Assembly (NCBI GenBank): GCA_030447385.1
Contig: JAUJOY010000002.1
Location: 99,392-163,391 of the forward strand
Length of the DNA: 64,000 nucleotides
Direction: 5' to 3'
From: Mycobacteriales bacterium
GTDB lineage: Bacteria > Actinomycetota > Actinomycetes > Mycobacteriales > SCTD01
The translations under genes and the position numbers were made by a program. Within the stretch, counting starts at the first letter, position 1. Each line of letters opens with the position of its first letter. Shown one piece after another: positions 1-9,936 of this stretch. The notes beneath the pieces were generated by a model that saw only the letters and a program-made list of their open reading frames with translations, did not search any database and was not told where the DNA came from.

Positions 1-1
1 G

Positions 2-715
2 GCGCTCGGCACGGCGCTCGACCGCGACCAGTTCGTGGACCGGGTGCTGTTCGGCCAGGGCAGGGTGGCCGAGGCCCCGATCTCCAGCGGCATCCCGTTC
101 GCCCACGCCAGCGGCCTGAAGGGCATGCCCGAGTTCGACCGGGCGGAGGCCGAGCGGCTGCTCGACGAGGCCGGGTGGAAGCGCCAGGGCGGCGGCACCC
201 GCACCTCCGCCGGGGTGGCGGGCGTCCCCGACGGCACGCCACTGGCCTTCGGGTTCACCCACTTCCCGACCTTCTCGGCCTACGCCCAGCTGCTGCGCGC
301 GCAGCTGACCTCGGTCGGTGCCGACGTCATGCTTCAGCCGCTCGAGCCGCCGGTCTTCGCCGACACGGTCTTCAAGGCGCGCAACTTCGACACCAACATC
401 ATCAGCTACTGCAACGGAGTCGATCCGGAGATCGGGGTGAAGCGCATGTACGTCACCTCCAACATCGGGCCGGTTCCGTTCTCGAACTCCTCCGCCTACC
501 GCAACCCTGAGGTCGACAAGCTCTTCGAGGACGCCCGCACGACCGTCGACCCGAAGGCCCGCACGCAGATCTACCGGACCCTGCAGGAGAAGCTGGTCCA
601 GGACCTGCCCTACCTCTGGATCGTCGAGACCGAGGCCAACCGGGTCTTCCCCAACACGTGCAAGGGCTTCACCCCGTCCGGCCACTTCGCGGAGGCGGCC
701 TCCTGCACGACGTAG
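2..715 (+). CDS. ABC transporter family-5 substrate-binding protein, 5'-truncated by the window edge
   Basis: Frame is open from the window start. C-terminal SBP_bac_5-type motifs (AERLLDEAGW; YRNPEVDKLFEDAR...DPKARTQIY). Followed by permease genes. Confidence 0.85.
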   Translation, partial: ALGTALDRDQFVDRVLFGQGRVAEAPISSGIPFAHASGLKGMPEFDRAEAERLLDEAGWKRQGGGTRTSAGVAGVPDGTPLAFGFTHFPTFSAYAQLLRAQLTSVGADVMLQPLEPPVFADTVFKARNFDTNIISYCNGVDPEIGVKRMYVTSNIGPVPFSNSSAYRNPEVDKLFEDARTTVDPKARTQIYRTLQEKLVQDLPYLWIVETEANRVFPNTCKGFTPSGHFAEAASCTT

Positions 716-723
716 GGGTGCGG

Positions 724-1689
724 GTGACCCGCAGGTACGTCGTCCGGCGTCTCCTGCAGCTCGGGCCCACGGCGGCGGCGATCCTGCTCGTCGGGTTCCT
801 GCTGATCCACCTCGCCCCCGGGGACCCCGTGCTCGCCCTCGCCGGCGAGAACGGCGACGCCGAGTACTACGCCTTCGTGCGGGAGAAGTTCGGGCTGGAC
901 GAGCCGCTGCCGACGCAGCTCGCGACGTACGCCGGCAACGTGCTGCGGGGAGACCTCGGCACGTCGTACGTCCTCGGACGACCGGTCTCCGACGTCATCG
1001 CCGAGCGCCTGCCGGCGACGCTGCTGCTGACCGGCACCGCGCTCGTCTTCTCCACCGTGGCAGGGGTCGCGATCGGCGTGTTCAGCGCCACCCGCCGGCG
1101 GCGCTGGCCCGACGTCACCGTCACGCTGGCCACCCTGGCGATGTACTCCGCGCCCGTCTTCCTGCTCGGGCAGCTGGCCATCCTGCTGCTCGCGCTGCGG
1201 GCCGGCTGGTTCCCCGTGCAGGGCATGACCGATGCCCGCAGCTCGGCCACCGGGCTGTCCCACGTGCTCGACGTCGGCCACCACCTCGTCCTGCCCGCGC
1301 TCGCCCTGGCGGCACAGGAGGTCGCCGCCGTCTCCCGGCTGTCCCGGGTGGGGCTGCTCGACGAGCTCCGGCGCGACCACATCCGCACGGCCAGGGCCAA
1401 GGGCGTCCCTGAGCGCACGGTCGTCCTGTCGCACGCCCTGCGCCGTGCGCTGCTCCCGGTGGTCACCGTCCTCGGCGGGCGCACCGGGCAGCTGGTGGCC
1501 GGAGCCGTCGTGGTCGAGGTGGTCTTCGGCTGGCCGGGCATCGGGCGCCTGCTGGTGACCGCGATGCAGGCGCGCGACGCTCCGGTCGTGCTCGGCGTCT
1601 TCCTGCTGGTGGCCGTCACCGTGGTCGTCGCCAACCTGCTGACCGATCTCCTCTACGCCTGGCTGGATCCGCGTGTCCGCTACCGCTGA
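724..1689 (+). CDS. Peptide/nickel ABC permease (DppB/NikB-like)
   Basis: GTG at 724 gives TRRYVVRRLLQ; LAPGDP, GDLGTS and EAA loop TARAKGV motifs. Confidence 0.9.
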   Translation: MTRRYVVRRLLQLGPTAAAILLVGFLLIHLAPGDPVLALAGENGDAEYYAFVREKFGLDEPLPTQLATYAGNVLRGDLGTSYVLGRPVSDVIAERLPATLLLTGTALVFSTVAGVAIGVFSATRRRRWPDVTVTLATLAMYSAPVFLLGQLAILLLALRAGWFPVQGMTDARSSATGLSHVLDVGHHLVLPALALAAQEVAAVSRLSRVGLLDELRRDHIRTARAKGVPERTVVLSHALRRALLPVVTVLGGRTGQLVAGAVVVEVVFGWPGIGRLLVTAMQARDAPVVLGVFLLVAVTVVVANLLTDLLYAWLDPRVRYR

Positions 1690-2548
1690 GCTCGCGGGCG
1701 CGCAGCCGGCCGCCACCCCGGTCGGCCGCCGGCCACGGCTGCTGGTGCGGAGCCTGCGTACCCCCGGCGGAGCTGTCGGGGCGGGACTGTCGCTGCTGCT
1801 GGTCGCGGCGGGGCTGCTGGCGCCGCTGCTGGCGCCGACCGACCCGTTCGCCGTGGACGGACCGCCGCTGACAGCGCCCTCCGGGGCCTACCCCTTCGGC
1901 ACCGACGCCCTGGGCCGGGACCTGCTCAGCGGGGTGATCTACGGCGCCCGCACGTCCCTGATCGTCGCGGCCAGCGTCGCGGCGATGGTCATCGTCATCG
2001 GGACGACGGTCGGCCTGTGGGCCGGCTACTTCGGCGGCTGGGTGGACGACGCGCTGATGCGCATCACCGAGCTGTTCCAGGTCCTGCCCAGGTTCTTCAT
2101 GGCGCTGGTCGTCATCGCCTTCTTCGGCCCCGGACTCGACCGGCTGGTGCTGCTGCTGGGCGTCACCTCCTGGCCGCTGCTCGCCCGCGTCATCCGGGTC
2201 GAGGTGCTCGCCCTGCGGCACCGGGAGTTCGTGGAGGCGGCACGGGTGCACGGGGCCTCCCGGACGCGGATCCTGCTGCGGGAGATCCTCCCCAACGCCC
2301 TGCCCCCCGGGATCGCCCTGCTCGGCCTGGTGGTCGCGCAGGTGATCCTGATCGAGGCGAGCCTGGGCTTCCTCGGGCTCGGCGACCCGAACGTCACGAG
2401 CTGGGGCACCCTCGCCAGCGAGGCGCAGCGCTTCCTGCGCGTCGCGTGGTGGCTGTCGCTGTTCCCTGGGCTCGCGATCCTGCTGGCCGTGCTCGGGCTC
2501 AACCTCCTGGGCGACGCGGTCACCGACGCCCTCACCGGGCGCCGGTGA
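1673..2548 (+). CDS. Peptide/nickel ABC permease (DppC/NikC-like)
   Basis: PFGTDALGRDLLS, FVEAARVHGAS, NLLGDAV motifs. Confidence 0.9.
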   Translation: MSATAELAGAQPAATPVGRRPRLLVRSLRTPGGAVGAGLSLLLVAAGLLAPLLAPTDPFAVDGPPLTAPSGAYPFGTDALGRDLLSGVIYGARTSLIVAASVAAMVIVIGTTVGLWAGYFGGWVDDALMRITELFQVLPRFFMALVVIAFFGPGLDRLVLLLGVTSWPLLARVIRVEVLALRHREFVEAARVHGASRTRILLREILPNALPPGIALLGLVVAQVILIEASLGFLGLGDPNVTSWGTLASEAQRFLRVAWWLSLFPGLAILLAVLGLNLLGDAVTDALTGRR

Positions 2549-4389
2549 GAGCGGCGGGGGCGACACCGCTGCTCTCGGTGCGCGACCTGGTGGTCGAGTT
2601 CCACGCGAGAAGCGGAGTCGTACGCGCGGTCGACGGCATCGACCTCGATGTCCATCCGGGCGAGACCCTCGGCGTGGTGGGGGAGTCGGGCTCGGGCAAG
2701 ACGGTCTCGATGCTCGCAGCGGTCGGGCTCCTGCCGGCCGCGCCCTACTGCACCGTGCGCGGTCAGGTCCTGCTGAACGGGCGGGACCTGCTCACCCTGT
2801 CGACGCGGGACCTGCGGGCGCTGCGCGGGCGGGAGATCGGCATGATCTTCCAGGACCCCATGACCTCGCTGCACCCCTCCTTCCGGGTCGTCGACCAGGT
2901 GGCAGAGGCCCTCCTGGTGCACGACTCAGCCCTGGCGGACCGGCAGGCGCGGACCCGGGCGCTGGAGCTGCTCGAACGGGTCGGGGTGGCGCGCCCCGAC
3001 CGGCGGGTGCGGGACTACCCGCACCAGTGGTCCGGGGGGATGCGCCAGCGCGCAATGATCGCGATCGCCATCGCGAACGACCCGCCCCTGCTCATCGCCG
3101 ACGAGCCCACCACCGCGCTGGACGTGACCATCCAGGCTCAGATCCTCGACGTGCTGCGCCGCGCCAGGGACGAGCTCGGCGCGGCAGCGGTCCTCATCAC
3201 CCATGACCTGGGCGTGGTCGCCGAGCTCGCTGACCGCGTGAGCGTCCTGCAGTCCGGCCGCGTGGTGGAGTCGGCGACGGTGGAGGAGGTGTTCGCCGCT
3301 CCTCGCCACCCGCACACGATCACCCTGCTGGACGCGCTTCCCCGGCTGGACCGGCCACTGGCCGAGCGCCGCCCGGTTGCCGAGGCGCCCCCGGTCCTGG
3401 AGGTCGAGGACGTCGCCGTCCACTACGCCAACCCGGGCGGGGGAGTGGTGCGGGCTGTGGACGGGGTGAGCCTCAGCCTGCTTCCCGGGGAGACCCTCGG
3501 GCTGGTCGGCGAGTCCGGTTGTGGCAAGTCGACGCTCGCCCGCACGATCGTCCGGCTCGTCGATCCGCAGGCCGGGCGGGTGCGCTTCGGGGGGCGTGAC
3601 ATCACCAGGGCCCGGGGCCGGGCTCTGCGCGGCGTCCGCCGTGCGCTGGCGATGGTCTTCCAGGACCCCTACGCCTCGCTGAACCCGCGAATGACGGTCG
3701 GGGAGATCGTGGCTGCTCCCCTGCGCATCGCCGGGTGCTACCGGTCCTCCGGTGGCAGGCGCCGCGTCGCCGAGCTGCTGGACATGGTGCGCCTTGACCC
3801 GGCCTCCGCCGACCGGCTGCCGTCCGACTTCTCCGGCGGGCAGCGTCAGCGCGTCGGGATCGCCCGAGCCCTCGCCCTCTCCCCCCGGGTGCTCGTCCTG
3901 GACGAGCCGGTCTCGAGCCTGGACGTGTCCATCCAGGCCCAGGTCGTGGGGCTGCTCGATCAACTGCAGCGCGAGCTGGGCCTGACCTACCTGTTCATCT
4001 CGCACGACCTGTCGCTCGTCCGGCAGATCAGCGACCGGGTCGCCGTGATGTACCTCGGGAAGATCGTGGAGCTCGGGACCCGGGAGCAGGTCTACGAGCG
4101 CCCCACCCACCCCTACACGCAGTCGCTGCTGGCGGCCGTGCCATCCCCCCACCCGGAACGGCGCAGCTCGCGGACCCTGCTGGTCGGCGAGGTGGCCGAT
4201 CCCACCGACCCGCCGTCGGGCTGCCGGTTTCGCACCCGCTGCGCGAAGGCGGCACCGGAGTGCGCCGAGGAGGTGCCGGCGCTCGTGGTCCGCGAAGGCA
4301 GCGACCACCCCTCCGCCTGCCACTTCGCCAGCACCGCCCCGCCCGGCTCGCCGGCCGGGACCTCCGGGTCCACCCCGGACGCCGGGTAG
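2545..4389 (+). CDS. Fused double-domain ABC ATPase (DppD+DppF-like)
   Basis: Two Walker A motifs ([16 protein letters not shown]), two signatures (SGGMRQR, SGGQRQR), C-terminal [11 protein letters not shown] at 2545 overlaps the upstream TGA. Confidence 0.9.
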   Translation: MRAAGATPLLSVRDLVVEFHARSGVVRAVDGIDLDVHPGETLGVVGESGSGKTVSMLAAVGLLPAAPYCTVRGQVLLNGRDLLTLSTRDLRALRGREIGMIFQDPMTSLHPSFRVVDQVAEALLVHDSALADRQARTRALELLERVGVARPDRRVRDYPHQWSGGMRQRAMIAIAIANDPPLLIADEPTTALDVTIQAQILDVLRRARDELGAAAVLITHDLGVVAELADRVSVLQSGRVVESATVEEVFAAPRHPHTITLLDALPRLDRPLAERRPVAEAPPVLEVEDVAVHYANPGGGVVRAVDGVSLSLLPGETLGLVGESGCGKSTLARTIVRLVDPQAGRVRFGGRDITRARGRALRGVRRALAMVFQDPYASLNPRMTVGEIVAAPLRIAGCYRSSGGRRRVAELLDMVRLDPASADRLPSDFSGGQRQRVGIARALALSPRVLVLDEPVSSLDVSIQAQVVGLLDQLQRELGLTYLFISHDLSLVRQISDRVAVMYLGKIVELGTREQVYERPTHPYTQSLLAAVPSPHPERRSSRTLLVGEVADPTDPPSGCRFRTRCAKAAPECAEEVPALVVREGSDHPSACHFASTAPPGSPAGTSGSTPDAG

Positions 4390-4406
4390 GTGCGGTGCGC
4401 ACTTAC
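4386..4406. promoter_or_regulatory. 21-bp pseudo-palindrome GTAGGTGCG-GTG-CGCACTTAC, candidate operator
   Basis: Near-perfect inverted repeat upstream of the second SBP gene. Similar sequences at 9867, 17721 and 21339. Confidence 0.5.
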
Positions 4407-4491
4407 CTAGTGGTGAACCCCTGATTACATTCCGGGCATTCTGCCGCCAGCCCACATCGACTGAGCCGCCGCCCCGAGGAGACCCGACCCT

Positions 4492-6096
4492 GTGTCCATC
4501 CGCCCCGCCCACCTGACGAGTCGCCGCTCCCGAGCCCTCACCACCTGCCTGGTGCTCGGCCTCGCCGCCACGGCCTGCGGCGGGGGCGGTGGGAGCTCAG
4601 GAGGCTCGGCGGAGCCCGCGGCCAAGCAGGAGCTGCGGGTGGGCGTCGCCGCCGACCCCTGGATCGACGACGAGGGCGACCGCAAGCGGCGGCCGAACTA
4701 CCCGCTGAACGCCGACGTCTGCGAGACGCTGGTGCGCCTGGGCACCGACTACTCGCTGGAGCCGATGGTGGCGAAGTCGTGGGAGCTCGTCGGTGACAAC
4801 ACCTACCGGTTCACCTTGGACAAGGCGAGGACCTTCAGCGACGGGTCGCCGGTCACGGCCGAGGCCGTCAAGGCATCCATCGACTACACCGTCGCCAAGC
4901 CCTCGATCGGCTTCAGCTTCCTCGGACCCGAGTCGGCGAAGGTCGTGGACGACCAGACGGTGGACGTGACCCCCACCAAGCCCAACCTGCGGCTCGTCGA
5001 GCAGATCAACCACCCCACCTACGCCGTTCTGCCGCCCGGTGAGGATCCGCTGAACGACCCGAAGCCCACCTGCACCGGGCCCTTCCAGGTGGCCGACTAC
5101 GCGGCTCAGCAGCAGCTCGTCGTCACGCGCAACGACAACTACTGGGGTGAGAAGCCGAAGCTCGACAAGATCACCTTCCGCTTCTTCCCCGACGACGCGA
5201 CCCGCCTGCTGGCGCTGCAGAACGGCGAGGTCGACCTCGTCACCGACGTCCCGCAGGGGGTCCTGTCGACGCTGGAGGGCCGCCCCGGCACCAAGATCGA
5301 GAAGTCGCCGGTCGGCAGCGTCCTGATGGCCTACGTCGCCCGGCGCACTGACGCGGGTGTGCCCAAGCTGCTGGACGACGTACGCCTGCGGCGCGCCGTG
5401 GCCGCCTCCATCGACACCAAGACCTTCGTCGGGGGCGTCCTGGCCGGGAACGCCGAGAAGGTCAGCACCGTCGCGCCGCCGGCCATCCTCGGCGACTTCG
5501 CCGACATGGTGAAGGGCGTGCCGTACGACAAGGCGGAGGCCGGACGGCTCCTGGACGAAGCCGGCTGGACCCGACAGGGCGAGGGCGTCCGCACCAAGGA
5601 CGGCGCTCCGCTCGAGGTGTCGATCATCTTCTCCCGCGTGGACCTCAGCAATGTCGAGTTCGTCCAGGCCCAGCTGCGTGCCGTGGGCATCGACGCCAAG
5701 ATCAAGCAGCTGGACGCGGGGGCCTATCGCAAGGCGCTCGACACCGGCGACTACGACCTCGACATCTCCCAGCCCAACCAGAATGACGCCAACCCGGCCT
5801 TCCTCATGGCCCTGCGGTGGTACTCCCAGGCGACCAGCAAGAACGCCAAGATCATCGCGCCGGGAGCCGGCACGAAGTTCGACGACCTCATCACCCAGAC
5901 CTTGTCGGCCAAGGACGACACGACGCTGCGCCGCACCGCCGCGGAGGCGATGCACGAGCTGGTCGACGTAGAGGTGGGGGGCATCCCGCTCTCGGGCAAC
6001 TACCGGATCTACGCCATGAACGACAAGGTGCGCGGCGTCCAGATCCACCCGTCGGGGACCAACCAGCGCTGGGCATCGGCCTTCATGGCCAAGTGA
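4492..6096 (+). CDS. ABC family-5 substrate-binding lipoprotein (possibly nickel or nickel-chelate binding)
   Basis: Lipobox-like LAATAC, FSDGSPVTAEAVKAS, TGPF, RNDNYWG. Nickel role is inferred from context only. Confidence 0.85.
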   Translation: MSIRPAHLTSRRSRALTTCLVLGLAATACGGGGGSSGGSAEPAAKQELRVGVAADPWIDDEGDRKRRPNYPLNADVCETLVRLGTDYSLEPMVAKSWELVGDNTYRFTLDKARTFSDGSPVTAEAVKASIDYTVAKPSIGFSFLGPESAKVVDDQTVDVTPTKPNLRLVEQINHPTYAVLPPGEDPLNDPKPTCTGPFQVADYAAQQQLVVTRNDNYWGEKPKLDKITFRFFPDDATRLLALQNGEVDLVTDVPQGVLSTLEGRPGTKIEKSPVGSVLMAYVARRTDAGVPKLLDDVRLRRAVAASIDTKTFVGGVLAGNAEKVSTVAPPAILGDFADMVKGVPYDKAEAGRLLDEAGWTRQGEGVRTKDGAPLEVSIIFSRVDLSNVEFVQAQLRAVGIDAKIKQLDAGAYRKALDTGDYDLDISQPNQNDANPAFLMALRWYSQATSKNAKIIAPGAGTKFDDLITQTLSAKDDTTLRRTAAEAMHELVDVEVGGIPLSGNYRIYAMNDKVRGVQIHPSGTNQRWASAFMAK

Positions 6097-6124
6097 CGCG
6101 GGCTGCGGGTCGGGCGCCGACGCC

Positions 6125-7063
6125 GTGACGCGGTACGTCCTGCGGCGCCTGCTCGCGCTGGTGCCCACCTGGCTGGGCATCTCGCTGGCCGCCTTCGTGC
6201 TCGCCGGGCTCGCACCGGGTGACCCGGCGCAGCTCATCCTGGATCGGCAGTTCGACGAGCCGCCGACCGAGGCGCAGCTGCAGGAGTTCCGCGAGGCGAA
6301 CGGCCTGGACGACCCCAAGGCGGTGCAGTACGGCCGGTTCGTGCTGGGGCTGTTCCAGGGCCAGCTCGGTACGTCGTTCCGCAGCGGGGAGCCCGTGCTG
6401 AACGAGCTCGTGGAGCGGGTCCCCACGACCCTGACGATCGCTTTGCCGGCCTTCGCGCTCGCCCTGACGATCGCGGTGACGATCGGCGTGCTCTCGGCGG
6501 TGCGCCGCAACTCCTTCATGGACCACGGGTCGCGGTTGGCCGCCCTGATGAGCGACTCGGTCCCGACCTTCGTCCTGGCGTACGCACTGATCATCGTGCT
6601 CGCGGTCCAGGCCGGGCTGCTTCCCGTCGCCGGGAGGGGCACCTGGCAGCACCTCGTCCTGCCCGTGCTCACGCTGGCGCTCGGGACCACGGCGAGCCTC
6701 ATGCGCCTGACGCGGTCGAGCATGCTGGAGATCCTGGGCGAGGACTACGTGCGCACCGCGCGGGCGATGGGTTTCCCGTCCTGGTCGGTCATCCTGCGCC
6801 ACGCCTTGCGCAACGCCCTGCTCCCCGTGGTGACCGTGGCCGGCATCGTGCTCGCCGGCTTCGTCACCGGCACGGTGATCGTGGAGACGATCTTCGCGCT
6901 GCCGGGCGTAGGCACCTTCGTGGTGGACGCCATCTTCGCCCGCGACTACCCCGTCATCCAGGGCTTCGTGGTGTTCACCGGAACCGTGTTCCTCCTGGTC
7001 AACCTCGTCGTTGACCTCCTGCAGGCCGCACTGGACCCGCGGATCCGGCTGGATGCCGCATGA
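6125..7063 (+). CDS. Peptide/nickel ABC permease (NikB/DppB-like)
   Basis: APGDPA, EDYVRTARAMG, RDYPVIQG, LDPRIR. Confidence 0.9.
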   Translation: MTRYVLRRLLALVPTWLGISLAAFVLAGLAPGDPAQLILDRQFDEPPTEAQLQEFREANGLDDPKAVQYGRFVLGLFQGQLGTSFRSGEPVLNELVERVPTTLTIALPAFALALTIAVTIGVLSAVRRNSFMDHGSRLAALMSDSVPTFVLAYALIIVLAVQAGLLPVAGRGTWQHLVLPVLTLALGTTASLMRLTRSSMLEILGEDYVRTARAMGFPSWSVILRHALRNALLPVVTVAGIVLAGFVTGTVIVETIFALPGVGTFVVDAIFARDYPVIQGFVVFTGTVFLLVNLVVDLLQAALDPRIRLDAA

Positions 7064-7977
7064 CCGCTCTGCCGGCCGCCACAGCGCTCCCGCTGGACCT
7101 GCCCGGAGGGCCGGGCGTCGCGCAGGACCTCGTCGGACCGGTGCACCGGCCGGTGCGGACGCTGCTGCGTGACCCGCTGGCTGCCTCAGGGCTCGCCATC
7201 GTCGTGATCCTCGGGCTCGCGGCGGTGTTCGCCCCGCTGCTCGCTCCGCACGACCCGACGGTCGTCGACGCGACCGGCCGGCTGGCCGGCTCGAGCCGGG
7301 ACCACCCCCTCGGCACCGACGAGCTCGGGCGCGACGTGCTCAGCCGACTGCTGTTCGGAGCCCGCTGGTCCCTCGGCATCGCCTGCCTGGCGACAGCCGT
7401 GGTGACGGTGGTGGGCATCGCTGTGGGCCTGCTCGCCGGCTTCTACGGCGGCCTGGTCGACAGCATCCTCATGCGCATCGTCGACGTGCTGCTGGCGTTC
7501 CCGCCGCTGCTGCTCTACCTGGCGGTCGTCGGCACCCTGGGGCCGGGGATCCGCAACGTCTTCCTTGCGCTGATCGCCATCTCCTGGGCGCAGTACGCCC
7601 GGGTGGTGCGCGGGCTGGTGGTGTCGGCCCGGCGGCGCGACTACGTGACGGCGGCAGTCGCGCTGGGTGCCAGCGGACGACGGCTGATGCTCCGGCACAT
7701 CCTGCCCAACGTCGTGTCGCCGGTCGTCGTGCTGGCGAGCCTGCAGGTGGGGGGGATGATCCTGGCGCTCGCAGCGCTCGGCTTCTTCGGCCTGGGAGCC
7801 CAGCCGCCCACCCCGGAGTGGGGCACCATGATCAACCAGAGCCGGCTGTTCCTGCAGAGCGAGCCGACGCTGATGGCCTACCCCGGGCTGGCCATCAGCC
7901 TGGCCGTGCTCGGCTTCAACCTGCTGGGGGACGGCCTGCGCGACGCGCTGGACCCGCGCAGCCGCAAGGCCCGCTGA
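7060..7977 (+). CDS. Peptide/nickel ABC permease (NikC/DppC-like)
   Basis: HPLGTDELGRDVLSRL, PPTPEWG, NLLGDGLRDALDP. Confidence 0.9.
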   Translation: MTALPAATALPLDLPGGPGVAQDLVGPVHRPVRTLLRDPLAASGLAIVVILGLAAVFAPLLAPHDPTVVDATGRLAGSSRDHPLGTDELGRDVLSRLLFGARWSLGIACLATAVVTVVGIAVGLLAGFYGGLVDSILMRIVDVLLAFPPLLLYLAVVGTLGPGIRNVFLALIAISWAQYARVVRGLVVSARRRDYVTAAVALGASGRRLMLRHILPNVVSPVVVLASLQVGGMILALAALGFFGLGAQPPTPEWGTMINQSRLFLQSEPTLMAYPGLAISLAVLGFNLLGDGLRDALDPRSRKAR

Positions 7978-8055
7978 CGCCGGCAGGCCCCCGCCGGAGC
8001 GAGGGCCTGCCGGGACGTCGGGTGCAGGCGCACGGGCAGCGCGCCCGCCGCCCTG

Positions 8056-8820
8056 CTAGCGGGAGCTCGCGACGACGCCGAACTGCTCGGCCAGCTCGTT
8101 CACCGCGCGGACGTACTCCTTGGCCCCTGGCCAGTCCACGACCGGAACCCGGGCGCGGTCCGCCGCCCCGACCTCGTCGCTCCACGGGACCACCCCCGCG
8201 ATGGTGAGGTCGTGCCGGTCGCAGAACTCCCGGATCGCCTGCTCGTCCGCCGCCGACCGCACCTTGTTGGCCACGACGGCCACCCGCGCCACCGGAAGCT
8301 CGCTGATCAGCGCGTTCATGCGCCGCAGCGTCTCGAGCGAGCGGTAGTAGGGCTCGGCCACCAGGCAGATCGCATCGACGTGGCGCACCGTGCCACGGCT
8401 CAGGTGCTCGGGGGAGGCCTCCATGTCGACCACGACGAAGCGCTCGGGCGCCCCGAGGTCCTCGAGCAGGGAGGAGACCACCGCGTGGGCCGAGCACAGG
8501 CAGCCCTCGTTGGCGTGCGCCGGGGAGCCCATGCCGAGCAGGCGCACGCCGTCAGGCGCCCGGAGGGAGAACCGGTCCAGGACGTCGTCGATCGGCTCAG
8601 TCAGGCCTGCTCCCCCGACCTTCCGCGACACCAGCGTCGAGGGCACCGGACCCAGCTGCGCCGAGGCCTCGAGCGGCATGCCGAGCGCGACCGACAGGTT
8701 GGGGTTCGCGTCGGCATCGAGGGCGACCACGCCGAGTCCCGACCGGGCAGCCAGGCGGGCGAGCGTGGCGCTGAGGGTGGTCTTGCCCGCCCCGCCCTTG
8801 CCGGCGATGGCGAGCCTCAA
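8056..8820 (-). CDS. CooC-like nickel-insertion ATPase (paralog 1)
   Basis: TTG start overlaps the padR stop. GKGGAGKTT, DADANPNL, GCLCSAH (CxC), DMEASPEHLSRGT. Confidence 0.85.
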   Translation of the reverse strand: MRLAIAGKGGAGKTTLSATLARLAARSGLGVVALDADANPNLSVALGMPLEASAQLGPVPSTLVSRKVGGAGLTEPIDDVLDRFSLRAPDGVRLLGMGSPAHANEGCLCSAHAVVSSLLEDLGAPERFVVVDMEASPEHLSRGTVRHVDAICLVAEPYYRSLETLRRMNALISELPVARVAVVANKVRSAADEQAIREFCDRHDLTIAGVVPWSDEVGAADRARVPVVDWPGAKEYVRAVNELAEQFGVVASSR

Positions 8821-9185
8821 CGCACGGCCTCCGCGGCGCCGACGACCTGCTGGTAGCGGCGGCGGTAGGTCGTGAGCGAGCGCGCGACCTCGGCCAGGGA
8901 GCCGGCGACGACATGCAGCCACTCACGACCCTCGTCGGTCAGCTCATAGGTGCGACGAGCCGGGCCGGAGGTGGACGGCTCCCACGTCGAGCGGACCAGC
9001 CCCTCGCTGTCCATCGCGCGAAGGCACCGGTAGAGGCCACCCGGGTCGACGTGGTCGAAGCCGAGCGCGGCGACCTGCTCGAGCAGCTCGTAGCCGTGGG
9101 AGGTGCCCTCGGCCAGCACCAGGAGCAGGCACGGCCGCAGGTAGTTGCGGGGAAGGTCGACGAGGGCGCTCTCCGGGGCGGTCAT
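8817..9185 (-). CDS. PadR-family transcriptional regulator
   Basis: HGYEL, GGLYRCLRAM..EGLV, GPARRTYELTDEG. Confidence 0.9.
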   Translation of the reverse strand: MTAPESALVDLPRNYLRPCLLLVLAEGTSHGYELLEQVAALGFDHVDPGGLYRCLRAMDSEGLVRSTWEPSTSGPARRTYELTDEGREWLHVVAGSLAEVARSLTTYRRRYQQVVGAAEAVR

Positions 9186-9559
9186 CCCTTGTGCCTCTCT
9201 GCTGCGCACGCGGCGGCTTCCTCGAGCGAGTTCTGGCACCAGCAGTCGGCGCTGCACTCGCCGTGGGTGGGACGGGTGAGGTCGGCGAAGCTGAGAGCGA
9301 ACTCGGTCTTGCCCTCCGCGAGTCCGATCTCCGACATCGCGTAGCCGCCCCGGGCCATGTCGAGATAGCCGTCCAGCACGAGGCGGTCGAGGTAGGTGAC
9401 CCCGACGGCGGCGTCGACACCGAGGAACCGCTCCAGCAGCGGGGCGTCGACGACGTCCCCGAGCCCCTCGCCCTTCAGCCAGTACATGACCTGGAGGATC
9501 TCGCTGCGCCAGTACAGATCGCGCAGCGCCTCGGACTTGGGTGGATGGAGCTGCTCCAT
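9182..9559 (-). CDS. Hypothetical hydrogenase-linked protein with a Cys-rich C-terminus
   Basis: ATG at 9559 with RBS-like GAAGG. 125 aa ending HGECSADCWC...AAC. Stop overlaps the padR start. Confidence 0.7.
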   Translation of the reverse strand: MEQLHPPKSEALRDLYWRSEILQVMYWLKGEGLGDVVDAPLLERFLGVDAAVGVTYLDRLVLDGYLDMARGGYAMSEIGLAEGKTEFALSFADLTRPTHGECSADCWCQNSLEEAAACAAERHKG

Positions 9560-9866
9560 GTTCGCGCCTTCTTGTCGTCGGTGCAGGGACGGTGGGCTGA
9601 GAGCGGCCTGTGCCTGACCCGCCTCAGCCTGCGCGGTCCCTGCGGTGTGCTCGTCCGGATCGGGAACCCGTGGTCGGTCCACGCCCCACAGGCGAAGGCT
9701 ACCCCGGTGGAGGCGTCTGTGGCGGTCCGGCCGCCGGCGCGCACGTGTGTCCAGTGACGGATCGGGGCAGTGCCGCGGCGAGGGCCGTAGCCAGAATCGC
9801 GCGAACCCCATAACCTCCAGAAGCGGAACAAACCGAGGCCCCCGTGGGGTGCGCTACAAGGCCCAA

Positions 9867-9887
9867 CTATGTGTATGGTGCATCTAC
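9867..9887. promoter_or_regulatory. Candidate operator/promoter upstream of the hydrogenase genes (CTATGTGTA-TGG-TGCATCTAC)
   Basis: Matches the 4386 motif and contains a TATGGT -10-like hexamer. Confidence 0.45.
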
Positions 9888-9936
9888 GACCAGCTGTGAC
9901 CGACCGCACACTCGTCCTGACCCGTAGGAGCGACAG

